A stretch of 38,266 bases of DNA from an uncultured bacterium. GTDB taxonomy: Bacteria; B130-G9. The stretch covers positions 1-38,266 of the forward strand of contig CBDVDH010000037.1 of assembly GCA_965372715.1 (NCBI GenBank). Reading direction: 5' to 3'. The position numbers and the translations under genes were made by a program. Below, piece by piece: positions 26,380-36,104 of the stretch (positions are counted from its first letter, which is position 1; every line of letters begins with the position of its first letter). The notes below the pieces were generated by a model. It was not told the origin of the DNA and made no database searches. It saw nothing but the letters and a program-made list of their open reading frames with translations.

Positions 26380-27668
26380 TCCTGCACCGAGAGTGAGAGT
26401 GTCTCGTCGCTTTTTATCTCAAAGACGAGGCGCTTGACTGTTTTTGCCTTCGGCGTGGTCGAAGACGGACCCAACCCAGGGTCTCTCTCAACGAATCTGA
26501 CGCCTCCTGAGGCAACGCCTCGCTGGTTTCTAATGTCAAACGTGAGACGCTTGCAGTCCAGCACAAAATGCTTGTCGAACTGCATTCTTGTGCTCTTGCC
26601 GGACGCCCGCAGAATCTGGTCGGCGAGCTCGCACACGACGTGATCGGCAAAAACCCGCATCTTGCCCGCAGAGACCTTCACGTCTCCCTTGTAGATCGCG
26701 CGATGTTCGTCTGAGTAAGCCTCGTCCGAGATTATTTCGAGCGTTATCACCTGCGCAGGCGGAGGCAGGGCTTGGACCTTCTTAGGTGCGACAGGTTGAC
26801 GAGCCTGATTGATCATTTCCAGCAACTGCTCAAACGACTCGCGCCCCCGCAGGAACTGGTCTCGTTCGACTTGTGATAGGACAAGCATTGGCCTTGCTGC
26901 GGCCGCGCAGAAAGTCCCGCCATACCGCTCTATAACAATCTGAAAATAAGGCCTGGCGTGCTCCCATTTCTTCTGTTCCCGCAAGATATTGCCAATCGAG
27001 AAATAGGCCCAAGGCGCGTAGCCGCACTTGGCATCCTCCTCAAAAACAAGCCTAAACTCGTCTATCGCCCGTTCAAAGTCCCGCAACGGATTCCGGTCTT
27101 CAGAATAGAGCCTCCCGAGTGCGAAATGCGCCCGAGGCAAGAGGCCGCTTTCAGTGTGTTTGTCGAGGACCTCAGTCAGATTCTTTATCCCCTCGTCAAA
27201 CTCGTGCAAACGTGTGTTGCTCTCGCCCAAGAGGCAGAGCGATTCTGCGGTCAGAGGGGACGTGGGATAGAGGCCCTGAAGCTTGAGAAGGTATGACTTG
27301 GCGGCCCTCACATCCTCGAGGTCGGGAGACGTGAGAAGGTGGCTTGAAACACGCAGAAGCGCGTCATCCGCCCAGGGACTCCTCGGAAAGAGCTGCCAAA
27401 CGAGTCGGTAATTCTTGTCCGCCTCATCGAAGTCCCGCATCTGTTCAAAGCAGGTTGCGAGCATGAATCTGGCGTGGGCCACAACGTCGCTGCTCCCCTC
27501 GTGCAGCGACTTCTCATAGGCCTCGGCCGCCTCCGCGAGCAGCCCCTGAGCGAAAAGGCAATTGCCCAGATCGTAGCTGCTCTGAGCGTTCGCAAAACCA
27601 AGCCACATAATGGGCAGAAGCACCAACATGCCCCGCGCCAACATTCTTCTCAAACTAGACCTCCACAA
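26376..27668 (-). CDS. Exported TPR protein with C-terminal OstA/LptA-like beta domain
   Basis: Signal peptide (ANA|Q); several TPRs ending 'FPRSPWA', 'YPTSPL'; C-terminal 'YKGDVKV...FADHV...ASG...GGVRF'; ATGA overlap with gspE. Confidence 0.7.
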   Translation of the reverse strand: MWRSSLRRMLARGMLVLLPIMWLGFANAQSSYDLGNCLFAQGLLAEAAEAYEKSLHEGSSDVVAHARFMLATCFEQMRDFDEADKNYRLVWQLFPRSPWADDALLRVSSHLLTSPDLEDVRAAKSYLLKLQGLYPTSPLTAESLCLLGESNTRLHEFDEGIKNLTEVLDKHTESGLLPRAHFALGRLYSEDRNPLRDFERAIDEFRLVFEEDAKCGYAPWAYFSIGNILREQKKWEHARPYFQIVIERYGGTFCAAAARPMLVLSQVERDQFLRGRESFEQLLEMINQARQPVAPKKVQALPPPAQVITLEIISDEAYSDEHRAIYKGDVKVSAGKMRVFADHVVCELADQILRASGKSTRMQFDKHFVLDCKRLTFDIRNQRGVASGGVRFVERDPGLGPSSTTPKAKTVKRLVFEIKSDETLSLSVQE

Positions 27669-27743
27669 TTACGACGTTCGTAATGATTCCTGAGCCCCCA
27701 CACCCTCTAAAAGGTTGTCCCATAGGTCCGCGGACGGTCTTGC

Positions 27744-27811
27744 GTATGGGTGTTCGCCGCGCGGCGAACCGCACCCATCTGACTTTCGGGCGGAGCAAGC
27801 ACCGCCCCTAC
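27744..27811. repeat. REP-like palindromes
   Basis: GGGCGGAGCAAGCACCGCCCCTAC plus an adjacent GTTCGCCGCGCGGCGAAC palindrome. Confidence 0.65.
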
Positions 27812-27842
27812 GTGCTTCATCTTGCATTATGATAACGCCTGC

Positions 27843-28766
27843 TCAATTACCGTAACTCACGAATAAAACGCGAGACGAAACCGGAGCACGTCTGGCGGAG
27901 AAGTCACCAAAGCTAACGGAGTGAACTACTCGGCCGCGGGTATCGCCATGATAAGGGTCAAAGACCTTGAGAGAGCCTTCCGAGCGCTCTTCACTTGAGT
28001 AATCGCTATCTTCGCTCTCCTCAGAAGCCAACTCCGCAAGCAACCGAGCCTTACCCCTGTCGAGATCGCCGTCGGCCAAATCGATCACAACCGCCTCCGA
28101 GCCAACAGACGCGCCCGCGGCTGAGGGCTGCGGCTCCAAAGCGACGTCGGCAACGGGAGACCCCGGCCCGAATGGGGAGAACTTGAAAAGCAAAACCGTG
28201 AAGAACAGAACTGCAACCGCCGCGGCCGCAAGCGCGAAATGCGCGGGCCTAAGCCGCGGGAAACTGAAAACCGGCGCTAGCCGCTTCTGCTTGGGCACTT
28301 CGGCCGAGCGTATCTTCGCTTTGAGCCCCGCAATCACTTCCTCACGCGGCTTGAGCTGTGGTAAGAGCCTGAAACGTCCGCAGACGGCCCGGAGCTCTTC
28401 CAGATAGCCCGAGCAGTCACGGCAGCCAGCAAGATGTGACTCGACTTGCTCTCGGTCGAATGCCGATAGCTCATTGTCGAGGAACGCCGAAAGCCTAATT
28501 GGCATCGCTTGGCACACGTTCTCCTTTGCGTCGTCGGCAACCAGCCGAAGCCTCGCCTTGAGCTCCAGAATGGATTCCCGGCCGGGTGCAAGCGCCGGCA
28601 GCGATTTGACAAGGCCGGAAACACCTCGGAGCTTTTCCAGATAGCCCGAGCAGTCGGGACATACGGCGAGATGCGACTCGAGCTTCTGACGCTCAAGCGG
28701 CGATAGCTCGTCGTCAAGGAATGCCGAAATCCTAATTAAGCTTCTCTTGCAGGCCCTCTTCTTCAT
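27843..28766 (-). CDS. Zinc-binding anti-sigma factor with two tandem zf-HC2 domains
   Basis: Two HxxxCxxC motifs (HLAVCPDC, HLAGCRDC), each preceded by 'SAFLD.ELS'; then a TM helix; overlaps the sigma gene. Confidence 0.88.
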   Translation of the reverse strand: MKKRACKRSLIRISAFLDDELSPLERQKLESHLAVCPDCSGYLEKLRGVSGLVKSLPALAPGRESILELKARLRLVADDAKENVCQAMPIRLSAFLDNELSAFDREQVESHLAGCRDCSGYLEELRAVCGRFRLLPQLKPREEVIAGLKAKIRSAEVPKQKRLAPVFSFPRLRPAHFALAAAAVAVLFFTVLLFKFSPFGPGSPVADVALEPQPSAAGASVGSEAVVIDLADGDLDRGKARLLAELASEESEDSDYSSEERSEGSLKVFDPYHGDTRGRVVHSVSFGDFSARRAPVSSRVLFVSYGN

Positions 28767-29310
28767 AGCCCTTCAAATATCCTCTCAAAAGGTCCCTCGC
28801 CCTGAAGATGCGGGACTTAACCGTCCCCACCGAACAGTTCAGAACGTCGCTTATCTGCTTGTAGGAAAAGCCCTCAAACTCACTTAGAACTAGAGCCGCC
28901 CTATACTTGGGCGGAAGCTTCTCAATTGCTCTATGTACAACAATCGCTATCTCATTCTCCCTCAGCTGCGCGTCAGGCGTCCTGTCCGTAATGCTACTCT
29001 CGCGGTCCGATTGTGCGAGCGTGTCCAGTTTCATCTGAGAACGCTTCCTATAGTTGACCCTGTTCATCGACAGATTGTGCGCTATAGTGAACAAGTAACT
29101 TGAGAACTTGGACTGCTTCTTATACCGAGGTAGGTGTTGATAGACTTTCATGAACGCATCCTGGAGTATATCCTCCGCCTCGTCGCGGCTGCCCAGAATC
29201 CTATACACAAAGTTGAAAACCTGATTGCGGTAACGGTCGATGAGCTCCTCAAAGCTCCGTAGGTTTCCCGCACGAACTTGGTCAATCAGCTCATCGTCTG
29301 TTAGCGGCAT
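28732..29310 (-). CDS. ECF RNA polymerase sigma factor
   Basis: EAEDILQDAF, FSSYLFTIAHN, LPPKYR, SYKQIS..LNCSVGTVKSRIFRAR. Confidence 0.93.
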   Translation of the reverse strand: MPLTDDELIDQVRAGNLRSFEELIDRYRNQVFNFVYRILGSRDEAEDILQDAFMKVYQHLPRYKKQSKFSSYLFTIAHNLSMNRVNYRKRSQMKLDTLAQSDRESSITDRTPDAQLRENEIAIVVHRAIEKLPPKYRAALVLSEFEGFSYKQISDVLNCSVGTVKSRIFRARDLLRGYLKGYEEEGLQEKLN

Positions 29311-29338
29311 TACCTACTCGTTCAGTGCTTTTATGTAA

Positions 29339-29364
29339 AACATGCCCATAACCACGCTGGTTCC
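29339..29364 (-). promoter_or_regulatory. Possible ECF autoregulatory promoter
   Basis: Minus strand GGAAC-N18-GTT about 30 nt upstream of the sigma ATG; short motif, so weak evidence. Confidence 0.4.
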
Positions 29365-29370
29365 AATTCC

Positions 29371-29475
29371 GTAGGGGCAGGCCCCCGCGCCTGCCCTATC
29401 TTTATTGATCGTAAAGGGCAACCACGGGGGGATTGCCCCTACACTGAGCGGGCGGGTCAAAGACCACGCCACTAC
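29371..29475. repeat. GTAG-type REP-like cluster
   Basis: GTAGGGGCAGGCCCCCGCGCCTGCCC ... GGGCAACCACGGGGGGATTGCCCCTAC plus a third unit ending CACTAC. Confidence 0.75.
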
Positions 29476-29662
29476 ACATCCAATACCCCGGCCAAGAGCT
29501 CATCTAATTCCCAGACACACCTATTCTAGCAGCTCGCCCAAAAAACACTTGAAGTGAACCACGCGCCCAATTATATTCCATTCTAGTGAGTGTTGTATAG
29601 ATAAGCCATTTTTCGCCTCGGTCGCTATCTGAGGCGCACGCAATGAACTCGGAGGGGCGATT

Positions 29663-32350
29663 ATGTCCAGTCGCAGTGTAGGTTTTTCGGGTATAGTGTT
29701 GTTTTTCGCTGTCTTGCTGCTGGCGCCCCTCTTAACGCAGGGCCAGCCGGCCAAGGACTTTGTGCTTGAGGATATTAACCCCATCTCACTTAGTTATGGC
29801 GAGCAGGTCACGCTGTCGCACCACGAAGGCGCGATTTTAGTTCTTTTTTTCTTCACCCCGCAGCAGGATCAAGCACAGCAAAGGGAGATACTGACGAGTC
29901 TCACGAACGGTCTGTGGGCAACATACGAAAACGCTGGCTGTTTTAGGTTCTTCGCGATCGGCGGCTTGGCACGGGAATCTCAGGAAGAGATACTATCTAT
30001 GCGACCCAACTTGCCCAACGCCACGTTCCCAATCCTCTACGATCCCGACAAACAGGCCTGGGGCGCATCTACAGGCGACCTGTATCGGATGCTGGAGGAC
30101 AGCAATGTCCCGCTTGCCGTGGTAATCGATCACGATTTCAATATCTACAACTGGAAAGCAACCGTGGCCGACTATCAAAACTACAACCAATGGCTCGTGA
30201 CCTGGGTCTTGGAGCTTGACCCATACGACGACGAGGGACCCGAGATCACGAATTTCTCACCGCCAGACACCTCGACGGATGTAGCCCTCTGCACCGCGAT
30301 TGAATTCGACATACTCGACCAGTGTGGCGTTGAGATCAACACACTGGACATCACCCCAGTGAATTCCCCAACCGTTAGCTTTAAGGCTGAGAAGATACAA
30401 GGCGGATACCACATTACCTTTGGCCCTCCGAGCGGCCAGATCGGCACGTTTGGCTGTTGGGAGGGAAGACCTCCCTCCGAAGCTTACATTTACAGCATTA
30501 CGTGTTCAGATTACGCAGGCAACCAGGGGTCTAACAGCTATCTATTCAGCACGCCCGAGTTCACGACAGGGCCAATCATTGACAACATGATACCGGGGGA
30601 GGCCACCAATGTTGACCCCAACATTGTGATATCCTTCGACGCGTATGAGGACGTAACCTGCATTAACAGGGACACGATCGGGTTCCAGGTGAATGGTAGG
30701 GATGTGATGCCCTGGGCGGAGGTTACTCCCCTCGATGACCATGAGGGCTATCACGTGAGCTACCAGCCGCCCACACCGTTCACGGACGGCGATGAGGTCC
30801 CTGTGAGAATGGACATTAAGACGCTTTGCGGATCGCCGATGCTCACCTCTGAGCAGTACACCTTCACGGTCGGCGAAGGCGGCCCGAGCTTCACAAATAA
30901 AGAGCCCCGGGATGGCGCCACAGATGTGCCGCCGGGACTAAACACGATAAGCGTTGACGTTACCGATGCGCTCTATGGCGTTGATCGGAGCTCAATCCAG
31001 TTGTCGATCAACGGCGAGAGCAAGCTCGTCAGCACCAGCGTAATTGACAACGGCTATCACGTGTCGTTCGACCACGGCCTCGCTGACAGCCAGACATACA
31101 CCGTCAGGGGCAAGGCCTGGAATCTGGCGGGGATGCCAGGTGAAGACAGCTGGTCGTTCACGACGGTTGATAACACGCCACCCGTCCTGACCTCGAGAAG
31201 GCCAGCTAACAACGCATACAACGTCTCCGTCGATACCGATATATTCTTCAAGGTGGCCGACACTGGGGTCGGTGTAAGTCCAGATTCGATCCGCCTTTGG
31301 GTGAATAATGTCGAAGTGAGCCTCGACCCCAACTTCAGCAAAGAGCAGGAGACCGCCGGAAGTGACGCTGTCTATAATTGCACGTTCGTGCCGGCCAGCC
31401 CGTTCACCGAGGGGCAGGTGGTTACCCTTCAGGTGCAGGCCGCGGACAAGAACGGCAACATCATGGCCCCGGTCACGTGGTCGTTCACGTGCTCGGCCGT
31501 TCCCGCCGTAGCTATGGCGGGCTGGGGCAACACCGGTATCTACGTGTCAGACATCGGCGAGTTCGAGGCGTGGGCACTCGTCGAATACGGCGAGGGCATG
31601 GACATGATCAGGAACGTCCAGATGTATGTGATGAACGCCGCGACCAAGCGCCACCACCCGGTCGGGATTTTCCTCGACTTAATCGGCTATTTTGAGGGCC
31701 ACGGCGTCTTCTACTATCACGAATACATGGCAAGAGCCGGCCTGGTTGGGATGCTGCCCATCTACGAGATCGCGGCCGAAGACATCTACGGCAGCTTCAG
31801 CTCACTGTGGCCATATCTGACCATTGTAGATGGATCGAGAAGGAAGTCTCCGCCAATGCTCGACCAGGGATTCGATCCGACTGACGTGCCCTGGCGAATA
31901 CAGGCGCTGATGGACAAGTATGGCCCAACGCCGCCCGATGACCCGAGCGGCGTATTCCGCGCCTCGCTTGCAGGCGGCAGCGCCCCGCAAGGTTCCACGC
32001 CTATTCCGCTGGTCAACGCCCAGCCCGTCATCTTCGTCGGCGGCTTCTATCCACCAGCCGTGGATATCTCCCAGACGAGCGATGTCCTTTTGAAGGCGCT
32101 GGTCGTTGACCCCAACGGCCCGGAGGACATCGAGCGCGTCGAGATATACGTCGATGGCATGCCGACCGGCATCATGATGCTTGACGACGGCTCACAGACC
32201 GACGATGAGCCGGGCGATGGCTTCTACGTCCGGAGCTTCACGCTCGAGGCGAACTCGAGGCCCCCGGGACTCGTGATGCTTCAGATCATCGCGTTTGACT
32301 ACGCTGGCAACGTCAGCAACGTCTATCCCTACATAACGGTCGAGCCGTAG
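29663..32350 (+). CDS. Large secreted protein: redoxin-like N domain, Ig-like repeats, paired C-terminal domains
   Basis: Signal peptide; AhpC/TSA-like pattern (DFVLED...LVLFFF...FPILYD...VVID); repeats 'P.I....P...TDV' with GYHV; C-terminal 'LDDG...D..PGDG.Y'. Confidence 0.75.
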   Translation: MSSRSVGFSGIVLFFAVLLLAPLLTQGQPAKDFVLEDINPISLSYGEQVTLSHHEGAILVLFFFTPQQDQAQQREILTSLTNGLWATYENAGCFRFFAIGGLARESQEEILSMRPNLPNATFPILYDPDKQAWGASTGDLYRMLEDSNVPLAVVIDHDFNIYNWKATVADYQNYNQWLVTWVLELDPYDDEGPEITNFSPPDTSTDVALCTAIEFDILDQCGVEINTLDITPVNSPTVSFKAEKIQGGYHITFGPPSGQIGTFGCWEGRPPSEAYIYSITCSDYAGNQGSNSYLFSTPEFTTGPIIDNMIPGEATNVDPNIVISFDAYEDVTCINRDTIGFQVNGRDVMPWAEVTPLDDHEGYHVSYQPPTPFTDGDEVPVRMDIKTLCGSPMLTSEQYTFTVGEGGPSFTNKEPRDGATDVPPGLNTISVDVTDALYGVDRSSIQLSINGESKLVSTSVIDNGYHVSFDHGLADSQTYTVRGKAWNLAGMPGEDSWSFTTVDNTPPVLTSRRPANNAYNVSVDTDIFFKVADTGVGVSPDSIRLWVNNVEVSLDPNFSKEQETAGSDAVYNCTFVPASPFTEGQVVTLQVQAADKNGNIMAPVTWSFTCSAVPAVAMAGWGNTGIYVSDIGEFEAWALVEYGEGMDMIRNVQMYVMNAATKRHHPVGIFLDLIGYFEGHGVFYYHEYMARAGLVGMLPIYEIAAEDIYGSFSSLWPYLTIVDGSRRKSPPMLDQGFDPTDVPWRIQALMDKYGPTPPDDPSGVFRASLAGGSAPQGSTPIPLVNAQPVIFVGGFYPPAVDISQTSDVLLKALVVDPNGPEDIERVEIYVDGMPTGIMMLDDGSQTDDEPGDGFYVRSFTLEANSRPPGLVMLQIIAFDYAGNVSNVYPYITVEP

Positions 32351-32405
32351 TTTGCTCTAGACGGCGCGGCCACCGTTCGGAGGGAATCGCTGTGGACTGT
32401 CTTGC

Positions 32406-32479
32406 GTAGGGGTGCTGCTCGCCACACCCTTCTCTGATGCGACCGAACGTATGAAGGGCGGGGCAAGCACCGCCCCTAC
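32406..32479. repeat. GTAG-type REP-like inverted pair
   Basis: GTAGGGGTGCTGCTCGCCACACCC ... GGGCGGGGCAAGCACCGCCCCTAC. Confidence 0.7.
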
Positions 32480-32566
32480 AAGGCCTGAACAACCATTCCC
32501 ACGGCGGATACGCGTGTCACTAAGAAACCGTTAGACGCACAAACCTGACAGGGGTATCGTCTGCGA

Positions 32567-32959
32567 ATGTTCTTCAAACTACTGTTGCTGTTCACGCTGG
32601 TCCCGGTGCTCGAACTCTACCTGCTGATCGAGGTCGGCTCGCGAATCGGCGCCCTGCGGACCGTTGCGATCGTCATCCTCACCGGCGTCCTCGGTGCGCT
32701 TCTGGCCAAACAGCAAGGCTTCGCGACGCTCAACAACATCAAGCGAGACCTCAACGATGGGATCATCCCCGCGGAACAGCTCATCAGCGGCGCGTTTGTC
32801 CTCGCAGGAGGCCTTTTGCTCCTCACCCCTGGCCTTCTGACCGACTTCATCGGCCTGTGCTGCCTCGTCCCGCCGACACGGAATCTCATGAAGGTCCCCC
32901 TGAAAAAATGGCTCAAACGCCATTTCGAGCTTCACTTCGAGTCGCCCAACGGCTTCTGA
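32567..32959 (+). CDS. fxsA: FxsA family membrane protein
   Basis: VPVLELYLLIEVG..IG, LAKQQG, GGLLLLTPGLLTD. Confidence 0.92.
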   Translation: MFFKLLLLFTLVPVLELYLLIEVGSRIGALRTVAIVILTGVLGALLAKQQGFATLNNIKRDLNDGIIPAEQLISGAFVLAGGLLLLTPGLLTDFIGLCCLVPPTRNLMKVPLKKWLKRHFELHFESPNGF

Positions 32960-33068
32960 TCAACCTTACGCTCATCCCCTCAGATACAGTCGCACCCACC
33001 CAGGCATTCCGGTCATGGTCCCCCTTCTCTTATCCCGTATTATTCATAAACTCGCGATGCCATGAGGT

Positions 33069-33176
33069 GTGGGGCGGGCTTTCCAGCCCGCCTTTTGTAG
33101 CGATTGCCGCATTCCTCGGACGCGACACTCTGTCACGCGAGACCCTGTCTTTGGCAGGCTGGAAAGCCTGCCCCAC
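33069..33176. repeat. GTGG-type REP-like inverted pair
   Basis: GTGGGGCGGGCTTTCCAGCCCGCC ... GGCAGGCTGGAAAGCCTGCCCCAC. Confidence 0.75.
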
Positions 33177-33320
33177 ACCGACGAGAGTCATGCCCTTGAA
33201 TTATTCGGGTTATTCCTCTTTTCATTTCATTTGAGACGGGACGTCGGATCGGGCAGAATTGGCGCTGGAACGCCACGTTTTGTGTCTGGGTACTGATTGC
33301 GATTGCAGGGGGTTGATTGA

Positions 33321-35953
33321 ATGTTGAGAAGGAATTGGTCGGCGGTGTTGTTGGCTGCTGTGCTTGCTGGGCTGCTATTGTTGCCTCTCATCGCGCGAGG
33401 CGGCGAGGAGAAGGAGCATGATAAGCAGCTGCTGAAGGCGACAAAGCACCTTCGCAAGATAGTGAAGCAGGACGGCCCGGAGAGCATCGAGTTCCCCTGG
33501 GATGCGGACAAGCACAAGATCGATGACAAGAAAGAGCCACCCGACTTCACCTCATATTACGCCAGGACCGTCAAGATCGGAGAGGACCCGAAGATACGGA
33601 CCGACGGCGATTCGATAACGAGCACGATATTTGTCGGCACTAAGAAAGTGGGACAGCGATTCAAGGTCGAGAACTGGCGGGTCTTCTGGGAGAAAAAGGG
33701 CGATCACTATGTGGCGACCTCGAGGCAAGTTATCCAGTCCTTTGATGAGTTCTATGCCCCATTTCACAAAAAGGAAGTTCGCCAATCCAAGGCCTTCCTG
33801 AGGAGCGTCTTTGAGTTTGGGAACATGCAGTTCGAGCACGACCGCATGCGCTTCTCTGTCCCGAAAGGGCGATTGGTTCTGATTGAGGCTGACGGGAAGC
33901 CCTTTGCTGGCTACATCACGGGTAAGGGCGAACTCTCCTACGATCCGCCAACACAGCTTGCCTCGAATGCGGTCGATTCAGATAGAGAGACTCAGCAGTT
34001 TAAGCACCATCTGGAGACAGACAGATTGGACGGTTGTGGATTCAGCAACGCGGTCGTCTGGGGTCATCCTAATTGGATGAGAGCGTTTCTGGACAGGCTC
34101 GAATTGAGGCCTGTTGAGAGCCAGGATGAGCTTCAGAGGGAGGCCCGGGATGCATTTTTTGAGCGACTTCTGCCCATAATGAGAGGAAAGGACCTCGCAT
34201 TTGGCGGGTCGGAATATCCCATCTGTATCCTTCCCGACAGCCGGGATTTTCTTCGCTTCGAATTCGACACGCCTAAGCACGACCTGCTGTCATATACGTT
34301 CGATCCCTCATCCATTAGGGAAATCTCATTGTGCAAGCGCTCGAAGCAACAGATGTCAAAACGCAAATTCAAATGGTTCAAGACAGTCTGTGAATACGAT
34401 GAATCGGGCCAGCGCAAAGAGAAAACTCTGCATCAGCTTCAGCACGAGAGCAAGGACAGCGTCAAGACCGTGTCCTGGTCGGCAGATGTCAGATTCGAGA
34501 GGGGGATGCTTGATAAGGTCAAGAAGGGCAAGTTCGAGATTATCTTTGAATACGAGACGCTCAAGCCAAATGCCACAGTCGCCATGTTTGACTTCTCCGC
34601 GCTTAATCCGACCGCCCTGACCGACGCTGGCGGCAACGACATGCTGTTCTTCGACATGGGTTCAGAACTCCTAGTCCCCGTCGATCCGGTCGATTGCCCT
34701 GCGGGGAGGATGAACGTGCTTTTCGCGGAGGGTCGAGAGCCAGGCGATATCGACTGGACTCACGGTTACATGGATGGTTGGTTGCCTGGATCGGGCTATC
34801 TAGACTGCAAGGCGTTTGAGCTGAAGATAACCGTTCCGGAGAAATTCCAGGTGACTTCAGTGGGGAAGCTGCTCGAAGAGCAAGTCCACCACGGCTATCG
34901 AACGAAGCATTGGGTTGGAGAACACTGCACCAGATTCCCAGGATTTGTGATAGGAGAATTGTTCATTCTCGATGGTGAGGCAGGAGGTAAGCCGATCGTT
35001 ATCTATTCCAAGGACAACGCACAGGCTAGGAAATACGTCCTTCCAGAGATCGAGAGCAGTCTGACTTTCTACGCCAAATGCTTTGGAGAATACCCATATT
35101 CAAAGCTATCCGTCTGTCCGGTCAACTGGTCTCATGGCAGAGGATTCGCCTCCCTCGTGACTATTACGGGTCGTCATGGACTTCTTGGCGATGCACAGCC
35201 TGGCCTCTACTGCCATGAGGTGTCGCACCAGTGGTGGGGGAACATCGTCGGCTGGTTCTCGCCTGCTGACCAGTGGCTCTCCGAGGGCTTCGCCGAGATG
35301 TCCACTCTGATGTATCTCCAATCCGCACGGGACAACGACTCCGTCAAGGGACGATTGAAAGACTGGGCCTATAGCGCCAAGAAGCTCGACGAGAAGGGGC
35401 CTATATGCCTGGGGGCTACCCTCGATTGGGCCGGCGCGCTGGCTACCAACTCATGTATCACAAGGGCGCCTACGTGATGCACATGCTGCGGATGATGGTG
35501 GGCGACGAGGAGCTCATCCGGATACTGCGCACGTTCGTCGAGCAGTTCAAATGGAAGCAGGCGACGACGTCCGACTTTCAGGAGGTCTGCGAGCTGGCGC
35601 TTGGCCGAGAGCGGCTTATCGAGCTCGGCGGCGAGCCATCGCTTGGCTGGTTCTTCGACGAGTGGATATACAGCACCGGCTACCCTAAATACGAGTATTC
35701 CTGGAGCACGAAGAAGGCCACGGGCGGCGCCTGGGAAGTAACCTGCAAGATCAAGCAGGTCGGCGATAAGCTCTTCAAGATGCCGCTTCCGATATGGATA
35801 TTCACGAAAGGCGGAAAGCGCTACGTCTCGTCGAGGCTTGTGCACGAAAAGGAACACGAGTTCGTCCTGACCGTCCCGTCAAAGCCCAAGAAAGTCGAGC
35901 TCGACCCGTTCAACAGCGTCCTGTGCGACGTCAAACAGAAATCCATGGAGTGA
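33321..35953 (+). pseudogene. Secreted M1-family zinc metallopeptidase split by a frameshift (true lesion or sequencing error)
   Basis: HEVSHQWWG and WLSEGFAE in ORF 33321..35477; the catalytic-Tyr region 'YHKGAYVMHMLR' and the C-terminus are in another frame (35405..35953); junction near the G5 run at 35411-35415. Confidence 0.8.
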
Positions 35954-36001
35954 CGCCGTCTCGGAACCACCCGCCGTGGTTTGCGGTTCGCACGTTGGTG
36001 C

Positions 36002-36069
36002 AGGGCCATGGCGCGCGCCTGCCCTACCTGACTGATGGACATAGGGCAAACTCGGAGGTTCGCCCCTAC
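36002..36069. repeat. REP-like units between convergent genes
   Basis: Two units ending GCCCTAC and GCCCCTAC. Confidence 0.55.
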
Positions 36070-36104
36070 GCTGTCATCAATTCGTGTTAATGGCCGAGGG
36101 CCTG

